In this document: positions 1-10,400 of the stretch, piece by piece
Layout of the letters: every line of letters starts with the position of its first letter
How positions within the stretch are numbered: the first letter of the stretch is position 1
DNA from: an archaeon
Lineage (GTDB): Archaea; Iainarchaeota; Iainarchaeia; Iainarchaeales; JANQMZ01
Assembly: GCA_028279805.1 (NCBI GenBank)
Contig: JANQMZ010000007.1
Location: 360,001-392,000 of the forward strand
Direction: 5' to 3'
Length of the DNA: 32,000 nucleotides
The notes under the pieces: model-generated
The model's database searches: none
Told to the model about the DNA's origin: nothing
Seen by the model: the letters and a program-made list of their open reading frames with translations, nothing else
Program-made: the position numbers and the translations under genes

Positions 1-2
1 AA

Positions 3-3000
3 AAAATTTCACTGGCTAACGTGGAATTGGTTGTGGACGGGGAAATTTTTTCTTCAGGAACAACAGATGAATCCGGAAATGTTTTATTGGTTGCACCTTC
101 GGAAAAAAATTTTTCAATACAGGTTTCAAAAGCCGGGTTTGAAGACAAAACTTTGAGAGGCTTACTGTCAGATGGAAGCACTGTTGATGTTGAATTGCTG
201 GAAAAAATTGGAAGCAGAATAATTTCATTCAAGGACGATGAAACCGGTGCATTAATTGAACAGGATTTGGTTGTAACTTTTTATTGTTCTGATTCTGATT
301 TTGAAACAACACGTGTTTTAAGTGACGGAACAATTGAACTTGAAAATGTTCCGGGGGATTGTGGCACACTGACTTTCAGGCAGATTGAAGGATTTGAATC
401 TGGAACAACCTCAATTAATGTTAATGAAGCTGAATCTGAAATTGTTTTAAAAAATCTGGGCAGTACCGGAATTGCTGATGTAATAGTTACAGGTGAAGAT
501 GGCTTGCCTGTTTTCGGGGCAACAGTTTCTCTGATGAGTACACAGGGAACAAAAAACGAGGAAGATGACATTGTGGAACAGGTAAGCGAAACAACACAGG
601 CAGGGATTGCTTCATTTGAGTCTGTGCCTTTGTCAGATTATTATGTGATTGTGGCAGACGATGAACATGAACAAAAGAAAAGCGAGATTCAGAGCCTTTC
701 ATTTGAAGCTTTAACGTTTAGTGTTTCTCTTGAAAAAACAAGTTCGGGAATTGTAAAAGTCAGAGTTAAAAATGCACAGAATGAATTGTTAAAAGATGCG
801 CAGGTTAAACTTGTAAAAGAAGATGTGGAACATGATTCAGGCTTTACTGATGAATCTGGTACAGTGGAATTAAGGGTTAATGCTTCTTTGAATTATAATT
901 TGATTGTTTCAAAGCAGGGATTTGCCGAGGCAAAAGTTTCAAATGTTTCAGTCGGGGAAGAATTTTATGAAATTAGTTTAACAAAAGCAACAGCTTCAAA
1001 CACTGCCAATCTGGTTGTAAAAGTTATTGATTCAGAATCAGATCCGGTGGAAAACGCAAAAATTTTGTTAAAATATGCGGATGGTGAAACCGCCGGAGAG
1101 CCTGTTATAACGGGAATTAAGGGAAAGGCAGAGTTTTTTGACGTGGCTCCGGGAAGATATTATGTTCACGCGGTAAAAGAAGGATTTGAAGGGGTAACCA
1201 CAAACGAGTTTTCCTTAAATGCAGGGCAACAGAAAACTGAAACATTTCAGTTAAAACTGGGTTTCGGGCAGATTGATGTAATTGTTTTAAACGATGACGG
1301 GGAAAAAATAAGCGGAGCAACAGTTAAAGCTTATGATTTTTATTCACAGCAACTGTTAGACGAAAAACTTGGAAGCGAGGGAACAGCATCCTTTAATTTA
1401 AGAGTTGACAGGCTGCCTTTTTTTGTTATAACCCATCCTGATTATTCTTCTTTTACAAGTGCAACATTAAAACCTGTTAAAGGATTAACACAGCAGAAAA
1501 AAGTTGAACTTGTAAAAAATGTTTCAGCATTAAAAGCAGAATTTTTAGGATTGTTTTTGAATGAACAAACTGAAAAATCCTTAAACCCGGGAACAAAATA
1601 CACTGCAAAAATGAGATTGCTTGTTCCTGAAACAAAAACATATTCAAAAGTCGGATTCTTTTTAAGAACAGGGGAAGGAGTTCTGAACAAAACAAACAAA
1701 ATGGAAGAAGACTCGGTTTTTATTAAAAATGTTAAAACGTCGGCAGACAGTTTGAGAAAAGGAATGTCTTATACGCCCAACAAAGGTTTTTCATCTGATG
1801 CTAAAAATTTAACATCAGGCAATGCAAAATGGGTTCAGATGGAATGGGAAATTCAGGGATTACTACCAAAAACAGGAGTGTTTGAAGTTGAAGCAGAAAT
1901 ACAGGTAAAAAGTGAGGCAAGCATAGGCGATTCCGCAAAAATTTCTTACAGAGGTTTCGGAATTTCAGGGAATACAATTGAAAGAAATCCTGTTGACAAT
2001 GAACTTGGCACAAACCTGAATTCATCTTCAAAAAATGGCTTGTATGCAAATTCAGGAGAATTATTTGCAACAATCGGGCCAAGCAATTTATGCTTTGAAG
2101 GATTCTGCAAGACTTTTGCAGTTGAAGATTTAACCCAGAATATCAGGACAAGCATTATAACAGATTATCCGGCTCAAATGGAAAATTCTTACAAATTATT
2201 TTTCACAATAAACAAAGATTCGCCTATAACAAAAACAAATTCTTTTATTTTGATTAAAAATGAAACAGCTTCACTGTTATTCAAAGATTACCAGATAACA
2301 GATGCCGCAGGGCAAACTTTTAACGGGAATGCGGATGGATATGAAGTGTCAAGAAACATTGGCTCATTGCAGGAAGGAAGTACAATTTCAGGGAACGTTG
2401 TGTTTGAACCGCAGATTCCTGGAAGAAATTTAATTAACATATCCGTTATATCGGAAAATCAGGTAATAGCAACCAAAAACTTATACATAATCGTTGAAGC
2501 CCCGAAAGTCCTGCATTTGGATATTATTCCAAAAACAATTGCTCCGATGATTGACAATTCTTTGATGTTTAAGGTGACAGATGAATCCGGAAAAAATGTT
2601 TCAAATGCAACAATTTCCCTGCTTTTGAATGATGTTCTGATTAAAGACGGAAAAACAAATTCTGACGGAGTTATGACCCATGTTTTAAGAGCACCTAGAA
2701 CCGGTTCTGAATTAAAGGCTGTTGTAAGAAAAAACGGTTATAAAACTTTGGAGAAAATTGTAACAGTTGATGACAGCATTTTTACACTAAGCCCTGAAGA
2801 GCTGAATATTGATTTGAAAATAAGCAGCGGGGAACAAAGGGATGTTGAAATGCTTTTGAACAATTTGCTTCCGGCTGAACTTGAAATAACAGATGCAAGA
2901 GTTTCAGACAATTTATCCGGACTGATTCAGGTTAACGGGTTGGATGCATTGCTTGGGGAAACTGTTGAAACAAGTTCCTCAAAACCTTTCACTATTTCAG

Positions 3001-6000
3001 TTTCCTTAACTGATTCAGGAAAACTTGTTGAAGAAACAAAATTAATTGAGTCAATTTTAACATTTACTGTTGTCGCCAAAGACACTCAGATTCACTGGAA
3101 CAAGTCTGTGCCGCTGAACATAAGAATATTGCTTGGAAAAGAAGTTGATTTCAGAAACTGTTTGATTGTAAATCCGAAAGAATGGCGTATCAGTTCAGGC
3201 GGAGCAACAGAATCGGTTGAGCTTGATGTAAGAAATGACTGTAAAATTTCAGGAACCCCTGTTCCTTTGAAAAATTTGTCGGCAAAAATAGACTGGGGAA
3301 ACAAAAATGCACTGGGAGAATTTTCAGCAAGCGGTTCCGAAATAAGAAACATGACAATAGGAGAAGAATTTGGTTTGCTGAGTGAAACAATTTCATCCAA
3401 TTTTGATGAAACAATTACATTGACATTTTCACCTGACGCTTCAGTAAAAAGCGGCAGGGTCAATTCAAAAATTATTTTACAGGCAACTCATCTGACTCTT
3501 GCAGGAGAAGAAAAAATCAAGGCAGGCATTGAAACAGGAATAAATCTGAACAATTTATCAGAATGTGTTCAGGTTGAAGATAATGATATTGAAGTTGCAA
3601 CATGTGCTCCTGACACCGGGTTTGGAAATTATTCACAATACGGCTTTTACGACCCTTATGCAACGGGAATATGGGGACAGCCTTCTTTTGCACAGGCAGG
3701 CTATGGTTATGGAAATTATCCTGGAACGCTTTACCCTAGAACAAACCAGACAGGTGCATTTGGCTCTCCAAACAGCCAGTGGGCTTGCGGCGCTGAAGAA
3801 AAAGCAAAACTTGTTGTCAACAATTCCTGTTCTGATCCGGTTGAAATATTTTTGGATCCGGACGGAGGAGTTTCGTTGTCAAATGATTCAATTATTTTGA
3901 ATCCGAACAGGAGAACGGAGATAAGCGTTGAAGCGGGAACAATAACAGGATTATATGATGTGGCTGTTGAAGGAAGAATAGCGGGCTCTGACTCAGAACC
4001 TGAACAGATTGATGTTGCAACAATAAAAGTTGCAAGAATTGAAGATTTGCAGAATCAATGCAGGCCTGTTGTGGAACCTACAAATTTAAGAGTGCCTTTT
4101 ATCGGTTCAAGTGAAACCGAATTAAAAATTACAAACAATTGTTTTGGACTGGGATACAGGCTTGACAGAATTAATGCTTCACATTTTAATTGCGGGGCTC
4201 CGCAGGGCTATGGTTTTACGGGAAGATGTGCATTGATTTCACATGCAATTTCAAGCCAGCCTTTACAGGTTGAAGACAACAAGGAAATAATGCATGTAAA
4301 AATTTTAATGAATCCGGGAGTCAGCCAGAATCTGGGGTCTGTGCAAAGACCTCAACCTTTCAGCAGGGGAAGCACATTGTATCCGAGATATGATGATGTT
4401 AGTGAGGGAGATGACATTTTTGACCCGTGGGTTTTAATTTTTGGTTCAACTCACAGCAGTGTTAAAAGTCAGGCTTTGTTGCAGGTTCCTATGATAACAC
4501 CAAGAGGAAAAAGAATGTTTGAAGAACAAATAACAATAACCAATCCTTTGGACTGGGTTGACATTGTTTTGAATTTGCCAGGTGAAGACGGAAAAGGAGA
4601 TGGAGGAGACATTCCTGTAAGGCCTCCTACACCGGGAGAACAATTACAGTTATGCAGTTCTGACCCGAATGATTCAGGAGCATTGACAGGAGAAAACGCA
4701 TTTGAATCATATGGTTTTGACAGGATTAAATTTGACTGGAGAAAAAATGAAATCGGTTTAAATGCATGTGCTGTTCAAGGGGACGGATTTTTCTGTGATT
4801 CAACGCAGTTTACTTTAATGGCTTCAAAATGGGTTAACGGTGTAAAAAATGAAATTAATTCATTTTTTGATTCTGTAAATCAGGGTTCGGTGCAGGCTGA
4901 CCTGATTCAGGAATTTGCTTCAGATGTTACAGGTGTGAAAGAATTTTACAGGTTGTCGTATGCTCAGGCAAAAATTGAAAATGATGCAGGGGGAACAACA
5001 GGAAACAAGGCAAATGTTCTTTCTGAAGAAAATTTTTATTTCTTTGTTAGCAAAGAAGGAGAATTGTTAAAAGCAAATGAGCTTATTGGAAAAGGAACTG
5101 AATGCAGGGCAAATGTTTCCGGAATTTTGAATAGTCAGATTGCCGAACCGTTTTTGGAGGATGATCAATTTGAATCGCTTTATGATGAAACCGGTTCAAT
5201 TGGAATTGACAAAAGGCTTGAAAACTGTTACGGTGAAAATTTTGGAGGAGAAGACAATACAAACAATGTTTTGATTTTATTGAATTCTTCGCTTGAAGAA
5301 AATGCTTTGTTTGAATTGTTTAAAGGTTTGGGAATAATTGAACAGTTTGATAATGGTTATGTCATGACATTTGATGAATATTATCATATGAGATTGCAGT
5401 TGATTAATGCTTTGACTGAGAATGGAGATTGTGGCCAGGAAAATGTTTGCAAGATTCAGTATAATGATAAAATTATTGAGGAAAGCTTTGAAGCATGGGC
5501 AGAATTTTTGGGATTACTGGTTGATGAAGAAAATGCAGAATTTGTTTTAGGGTTTACAAACAGTAAAGGTTTGAGTGACTCGGTTAAAATCAAAATTCTG
5601 GAAAACGGAAACAATCTGATGAACGGGGAAAGCATTGTGAATGATTTGGCTTCATCCGGAACAGCAAATGTTTACCTGATGGAAGATGGTTTTTCGGAAG
5701 ATTTCAGGGAAGATTTTGACAAAAAATACAGAGTGGGAATAAATGACTGGACTTTTTCTGTTTCAAACACTGATGAATTTTTGAATTCGGCAAAACTGCC
5801 TGTTGTTTTCGGAGCAGGAGAATATCTTGCAAGAATTAATATTCAAAATTTTTCAATTCCTGAAAACATTTTAACAAATTTGGGGGCAAGTGTTGACTTT
5901 GAAAATTCGGAAACAGTAATTGAACTTGCAAAACAAAAAAGGTTGATAGACATTGACATTGAAAATGAAGGAAAAGGCAATAAAACAAATTACAGTGAAA

Positions 6001-6848
6001 ATATGCTGTTAAAACTGCCTTTTGACGGAGATGTTGGATTTGAAGATGAAGGCGTTGGGGATAGAAAAGGATACGGAACAAGGCATTACAACAGGGGTTC
6101 GGAAGAATTTGAAGGATTATTTGTCGTAAATGAAAAGAATTCTGACAACAAGCTTGAACTCAAAAAAACAACAATTGGCTTGGAAGGAAAAAGGCTGGAA
6201 ACGGTTCTTGGAAAAAAAGCTGCAGATACGCAGAGAGGAATTTTGTTTCACATTGAAGGAACAAAATATTCATACACGCCATCCGTTCCGCTAAAAATTT
6301 TAATGAATCTGGAAAAAGGCGAAAGAAATGTTTATTATGGTTTTTTGAAATCAGTTGACGGTTCACCTGAACCATTACAATTTGTTTCAAAAGAAGATTA
6401 TGGAAATACAGAGCATTTGATTGAATGGAAAATAAATGAAACAGATGAACAAACACAGTCAGATTTTATTGAAACAGAATTTAATGACAGTCAAACATGC
6501 AACGGATGGGAAAATAAAACAGATATTGCAAGGCTTTCATTTGAACAGGCATTGCCGGAAAACAAAACAATAACTTCAACATCATTTTTTCCTGAAAACA
6601 CAAAGTTTGCAAGATTGTGTTCTGCAAAACCTGCAACCATTCAGGTTACAAAAAGAAAAGACGGTTTGAATGAAGGAGTTGGACAGGGCATAACAATAAG
6701 AGAGCTTGAAAGTGAAACAATAAACGGAGTTAACTTTGAAGGGGACTCTGTTGCAAGGTTTGTAAATGAAATAAGAAAAGGAGATGTTTGCTTCAAATCA
6801 TCCCAGGTTTCACTTGAATTGAAATGGAACCCTAACCTGTTTAATTAG
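3..6848 (+). CDS. Giant surface protein, paralog 1 of 3 (5'-truncated by window edge, >=2281 aa visible); uncharacterised family
   Basis: The frame is open from nt 3, with no stop before the GTG at 21 that the ORF track used as a start. The product lacks the leader plus TM seen in the two downstream paralogs, so the true start lies upstream of the window. The N-terminal part consists of repeated ~80-90 aa modules ending in PEGA-like motifs (VSKAGFE, VSKQGFA, AVKEGFE, RKNGYK). From ~nt 1537 it shares co-linear blocks with the paralogs: EFLGLF, AKWVQMEWE, CFEGFC, GTPVPLKNLSAKIDW, FFCDSTQFT, LMEDGFSEDFREDF, KGYG and KWNPN at the C-terminus. Stop TAG at 6846-6848. Confidence 0.9.
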   Translation, partial: KISLANVELVVDGEIFSSGTTDESGNVLLVAPSEKNFSIQVSKAGFEDKTLRGLLSDGSTVDVELLEKIGSRIISFKDDETGALIEQDLVVTFYCSDSDFETTRVLSDGTIELENVPGDCGTLTFRQIEGFESGTTSINVNEAESEIVLKNLGSTGIADVIVTGEDGLPVFGATVSLMSTQGTKNEEDDIVEQVSETTQAGIASFESVPLSDYYVIVADDEHEQKKSEIQSLSFEALTFSVSLEKTSSGIVKVRVKNAQNELLKDAQVKLVKEDVEHDSGFTDESGTVELRVNASLNYNLIVSKQGFAEAKVSNVSVGEEFYEISLTKATASNTANLVVKVIDSESDPVENAKILLKYADGETAGEPVITGIKGKAEFFDVAPGRYYVHAVKEGFEGVTTNEFSLNAGQQKTETFQLKLGFGQIDVIVLNDDGEKISGATVKAYDFYSQQLLDEKLGSEGTASFNLRVDRLPFFVITHPDYSSFTSATLKPVKGLTQQKKVELVKNVSALKAEFLGLFLNEQTEKSLNPGTKYTAKMRLLVPETKTYSKVGFFLRTGEGVLNKTNKMEEDSVFIKNVKTSADSLRKGMSYTPNKGFSSDAKNLTSGNAKWVQMEWEIQGLLPKTGVFEVEAEIQVKSEASIGDSAKISYRGFGISGNTIERNPVDNELGTNLNSSSKNGLYANSGELFATIGPSNLCFEGFCKTFAVEDLTQNIRTSIITDYPAQMENSYKLFFTINKDSPITKTNSFILIKNETASLLFKDYQITDAAGQTFNGNADGYEVSRNIGSLQEGSTISGNVVFEPQIPGRNLINISVISENQVIATKNLYIIVEAPKVLHLDIIPKTIAPMIDNSLMFKVTDESGKNVSNATISLLLNDVLIKDGKTNSDGVMTHVLRAPRTGSELKAVVRKNGYKTLEKIVTVDDSIFTLSPEELNIDLKISSGEQRDVEMLLNNLLPAELEITDARVSDNLSGLIQVNGLDALLGETVETSSSKPFTISVSLTDSGKLVEETKLIESILTFTVVAKDTQIHWNKSVPLNIRILLGKEVDFRNCLIVNPKEWRISSGGATESVELDVRNDCKISGTPVPLKNLSAKIDWGNKNALGEFSASGSEIRNMTIGEEFGLLSETISSNFDETITLTFSPDASVKSGRVNSKIILQATHLTLAGEEKIKAGIETGINLNNLSECVQVEDNDIEVATCAPDTGFGNYSQYGFYDPYATGIWGQPSFAQAGYGYGNYPGTLYPRTNQTGAFGSPNSQWACGAEEKAKLVVNNSCSDPVEIFLDPDGGVSLSNDSIILNPNRRTEISVEAGTITGLYDVAVEGRIAGSDSEPEQIDVATIKVARIEDLQNQCRPVVEPTNLRVPFIGSSETELKITNNCFGLGYRLDRINASHFNCGAPQGYGFTGRCALISHAISSQPLQVEDNKEIMHVKILMNPGVSQNLGSVQRPQPFSRGSTLYPRYDDVSEGDDIFDPWVLIFGSTHSSVKSQALLQVPMITPRGKRMFEEQITITNPLDWVDIVLNLPGEDGKGDGGDIPVRPPTPGEQLQLCSSDPNDSGALTGENAFESYGFDRIKFDWRKNEIGLNACAVQGDGFFCDSTQFTLMASKWVNGVKNEINSFFDSVNQGSVQADLIQEFASDVTGVKEFYRLSYAQAKIENDAGGTTGNKANVLSEENFYFFVSKEGELLKANELIGKGTECRANVSGILNSQIAEPFLEDDQFESLYDETGSIGIDKRLENCYGENFGGEDNTNNVLILLNSSLEENALFELFKGLGIIEQFDNGYVMTFDEYYHMRLQLINALTENGDCGQENVCKIQYNDKIIEESFEAWAEFLGLLVDEENAEFVLGFTNSKGLSDSVKIKILENGNNLMNGESIVNDLASSGTANVYLMEDGFSEDFREDFDKKYRVGINDWTFSVSNTDEFLNSAKLPVVFGAGEYLARINIQNFSIPENILTNLGASVDFENSETVIELAKQKRLIDIDIENEGKGNKTNYSENMLLKLPFDGDVGFEDEGVGDRKGYGTRHYNRGSEEFEGLFVVNEKNSDNKLELKKTTIGLEGKRLETVLGKKAADTQRGILFHIEGTKYSYTPSVPLKILMNLEKGERNVYYGFLKSVDGSPEPLQFVSKEDYGNTEHLIEWKINETDEQTQSDFIETEFNDSQTCNGWENKTDIARLSFEQALPENKTITSTSFFPENTKFARLCSAKPATIQVTKRKDGLNEGVGQGITIRELESETINGVNFEGDSVARFVNEIRKGDVCFKSSQVSLELKWNPNLFN

Positions 6849-6858
6849 TTTAACAAAA

Positions 6859-7323
6859 TTGTTGATTTTTGTGGCAGAAGAAAAATTTTTAGGGATTGGT
6901 TTAAGACTAATTATTTTAATTCTGCTAAATTTTGTTTTTTTTGGCGGCGGAATATTTTTAGCAGAGCAAATTGGCACAATTTACAACATAAGCCTGGTTG
7001 AATATGCTTTACTTGTGCTGGCAGTGTTTGTTTTTTCACTGCCTTTCTTCGGATATTTAAGCCCTTTAATTTTTGCAGGCACAGGTTACCTGCTGGGATT
7101 ACAGATTTTAAAAGAACCATTGCTTGGATTAACATTGGTGCCTTTAATTTTTTCCTCAACAGGCGGATTAATTCTTGCCCAAAATTTGCTTTCAAATATT
7201 AAAAAAAATGAGCCTGTTGAAAAAAAAAGAATTTCAATAATTTTTCTCGTGCTTGCTTTTTTAATGGTTTTAGGAATAAAATGGTTCCTTGTATCACAGG
7301 GAAAAGCAACTCTTTTAAACTAA
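6859..7323 (+). CDS. Small polytopic membrane protein (~154 aa, 4-5 predicted TM helices); possible divergent member of the small 3-TM family downstream
   Basis: The ORF lies 10 nt after the giant-1 stop on the same strand. There is no ATG before residue ~135, so the start must be non-ATG (TTG 6859 or GTG 6871) and is uncertain. The sequence is strongly hydrophobic. The segment LAEQIGT...LLVLAVFVFSLPFFG...AGTGYLLG resembles IKKHIGS...SVVLAVIVVYFGFF...FFGTGLF of the 23356 gene. Confidence 0.6.
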   Translation: MLIFVAEEKFLGIGLRLIILILLNFVFFGGGIFLAEQIGTIYNISLVEYALLVLAVFVFSLPFFGYLSPLIFAGTGYLLGLQILKEPLLGLTLVPLIFSSTGGLILAQNLLSNIKKNEPVEKKRISIIFLVLAFLMVLGIKWFLVSQGKATLLN

Positions 7324-7345
7324 AAAATGCTAATAAAAAGCATTT
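7323..7345 (+). terminator. Weak hairpin plus T-run after the 6859-7323 gene
   Basis: AAAATGC (7323-7329) pairs with GCATTTT (7339-7345) across a 9-nt loop and runs into TTTTATAT. The stem is AT-rich and therefore of low stability. Confidence 0.2.
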
Positions 7346-7405
7346 TATATAACAAAAAACAATAAATTATAAGAAAAGTAATTAATTAATGAGAGGTAAT
7401 TAAGA

Positions 7406-10400
7406 ATGGGGCTTGCTGACGGATTTAAAGACCTCTACTACAAATGGGAAGACAAATGGTATGGTTTTCTTGACAAAGTTCAGGAAAGAATTCCGGTATA
7501 CAAAGTAATTGACCCCATTGACAAAGTTGTTCCAAGTTTTGCGTTATTTTCAGGCATAATTTTAATATTGGTAGGCTGGGGATTGTTTGCACTTGTTTTT
7601 GGAACAATTCAGCAATCTGTTTTTTCGGTTCAAATTGTTGACGCAGACGGACAACCGGTTGAAGGAATAAATGTCAGCTTTTCCTATAATGAAACAACGG
7701 ATACGTTCCCCACAAACCAAAGCGGTTCAACTGCGCCCGTAACCGTAACACCGGGAACAAATGTAACGGTTAGCTTTTTTGCATCAGGTTTTGGAGAGAT
7801 TGAAAAAAATTATACAACTGAAGGCGGATTGGACAGACGAAGAATTCCTTTAACTGAAAGGGATGCAGGTCAAAGAGTTTACAGGTTTCAGGTACTGGAT
7901 TCTTTAAACAGGCCGGTGGACACTTCAGTCAGACTGGAATTTGACTGTTCAAATGCATCGGCAACAGCACCCGATGACCAGACTGTTTTTGAATCAAATG
8001 TTGAGGTGCCTGTTCCAAATGACTGCGGGCAGTTAAGCGTGAAAGCTTACGCTTCAGGTTATGATTCGGGCTCAAGACAGAATGTTTCAGACGGCGGGCA
8101 GATTTTGCTGGCAGGAGAAGAAACAGGATTACTTCCGGCCGGTTCAGGAGAATTAAATGTTAATCTTACTTTTAACAGTTTAAGAGTTCTGGATTTGGTA
8201 AATGTACAGGTTTACAAATCCACATTAGGTGAAGGGGTAAAATATGACAGCGGAACATCTGTTTCAGGAGAAATTAATTTTGTTCTGCCGGCAGGAAATT
8301 ATTATATTGTAACAGATGCAACAACAAAATATGCATCAGCAAGAACTCTGGCTTTTTTGGTGCAGGAAGGGCAGACAATATCGGTTGATGTTGCATTAAG
8401 CGGTAGTGTTGACGGTTTTATTAAAGTAAAGCCTGTTGACAAAATATCAGGAGCAGAACTTGATGATACAGGAATTACCGTTAAAAAAGACGGGCAGGAA
8501 GTTTGTTTTGTCACGACAACCGAACAGGATTCAACTGTTCAATGTGGCGGAAAAGAAAGTGAAGAATACACTTTAATCGGATACAAAGAGGGTTACTGCA
8601 GGGAAGTTAAGGAAAATGTTTTGATCTCCGATAATGTTATAACACTGAAAATGACAAGAGACACAGGCCAATGCGGAGGAAAACTTCAGGCAGTTGTAAA
8701 AGATCAGGATGGAAATCCTGTTGCAGATGCAAAAGTTTCATTGTTTGATGATGAAAGAAAATCTTTGGGATTTTTGGAAAGAATTACGAATAGCGAGGGT
8801 GAAGCTGTTTTTTCAGGTGTTCAAACCGGTTCATATAAAGTGTTTGCATACAAGGGACAGTTTTCAGGATGGTCCGATGCTCAAAGATTTGTAAGAGATT
8901 TTGATGATGAAACTTTGTACGAGGTTTCAATGTTAATCCCTGACGGAACAATCAGGGTTGTTGTAAAAAATGAGGACGGGGAACCGGAACAGTTTTCAAC
9001 AGTTTTGCTTGTTGACGGAATAACATGGAAAGCAGTTGAAGGGCCTTTGCCTGTGACAAGTCCTGACGGTGTTTTAGATATTGTTACAAAAGCGGATAAA
9101 GATGTTTTTGCTGTTGTAACCAAAAACGATTTTGCTGATTTTACTTCAAGAGTTTATAATGTTAAGCCTGAATCTGTTCAGGAAATTAATGTAACGCTTG
9201 AGCCTGAAATCATTTCAGGGGATTTGGATGTAAAATTTTTGGGATTGTTTAAAGGGGATTTGATTGCACAGGTTGTACAGCCCGGAAAAGAATATGCTGC
9301 AAGGTTTCAGTTAAGAATTCCGGAAAACAAAGGGTATGATGAATTAGGGCTTCATGTGAGAACAGGGCACTCGAATGCAATGGAAACAGATGAATGGTTT
9401 ATTAAGAAATTAAATGCTCCTGAAGCATCTGATGAGAGGTCAACAGCGTTTAATCCTGAGGAAGGGCAGGAACATGATGAAGAATTTGTAAGCAGGGCAG
9501 GTTCAAAATGGGTTAACATTTTATGGCATGATTTTGACAACAGGACAGGCATAATTGAATCAGAGGTTATTGTAAAAGTTAAGGAAAATGCAGGAGAAGA
9601 ACCGTTTTTGCCTTTAAGATGGAGAGCATGGGGTGAAGATGGCGGGGAAATAATAAGGAGTCCCAAAGACAATTCACTTGGAACGTCAAGTTCAGCCAGT
9701 GATTTGTATGCTAACACCAACGGAGAAGAATTTGAAGTTGGCTCTGAAACATTATGCTCTGATGTGTGGTGTTTTAATGCAAATATTTTAGATGTTTCTG
9801 AAAATTTGGTTGAAACGGTTTCAGATTCGTATACGGCAAAGCATAACACTTTGTACAAATTAACTTTTTCAGTTTTAAACAATTCACAGTTTGACACTGA
9901 TTCATTTAATGATGCGCAACTCCAGATAATTAATGATGATGAAGCAATATTGATAGGAGAATATTCTGTTACAGGAGCAGACGGTTCTACAATCACAAAC
10001 GATTTAAGCGATTATGAAACTCCTTTGATTAATGCCGGGGATGTAAAACCAAGAAAAGATGTTTCCGGTTATTTTTTCTTCAAACCGGAATTGTCAGTAA
10101 ACTCTGATCTGGTTTTACAGGTCAGGTCGGGAAACAGGATAAGATTTGAAAAAACAATAACTGTTGACATACTTGCCCCAAATTCCTTTAATATGGAATT
10201 TGAACATGATGACAAGTTTTCACAGCAGCCTCCGATTTTAAAAAGCGGAATTGAACAAAATTTGAGAGTCAGGGCTTCAGATGCGGCAAACGGAGAATTT
10301 GTCCAGAATGCTGATATTAAGGCCAAAAACAGGTTCGGAGATGTTTTGGTTACAGCAACAACAAATGAACTGGGAATAGGAGTATTATCATTGCCTGCAT

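Noticed and set aside
21-23. GTG at nt 21 as the true start of the first giant gene, as in the ORF track.
   Set aside because: The frame stays open to nt 3, and the product lacks the conserved MGL...KWY..FLDK leader and TM anchor that both complete paralogs have. The gene is almost certainly truncated by the window edge.
3565-3900. Same-strand alternative-frame ORFs inside real genes: 3565-3900, 8709-8894, 21117-21314, 21621-21821, 23391-23591 and 23767-23958.
   Set aside because: They are short and overlap ORFs whose frame is supported by paralog conservation. Their translations have no recognisable features. I saw no slippery sequence or other evidence of frameshifting.
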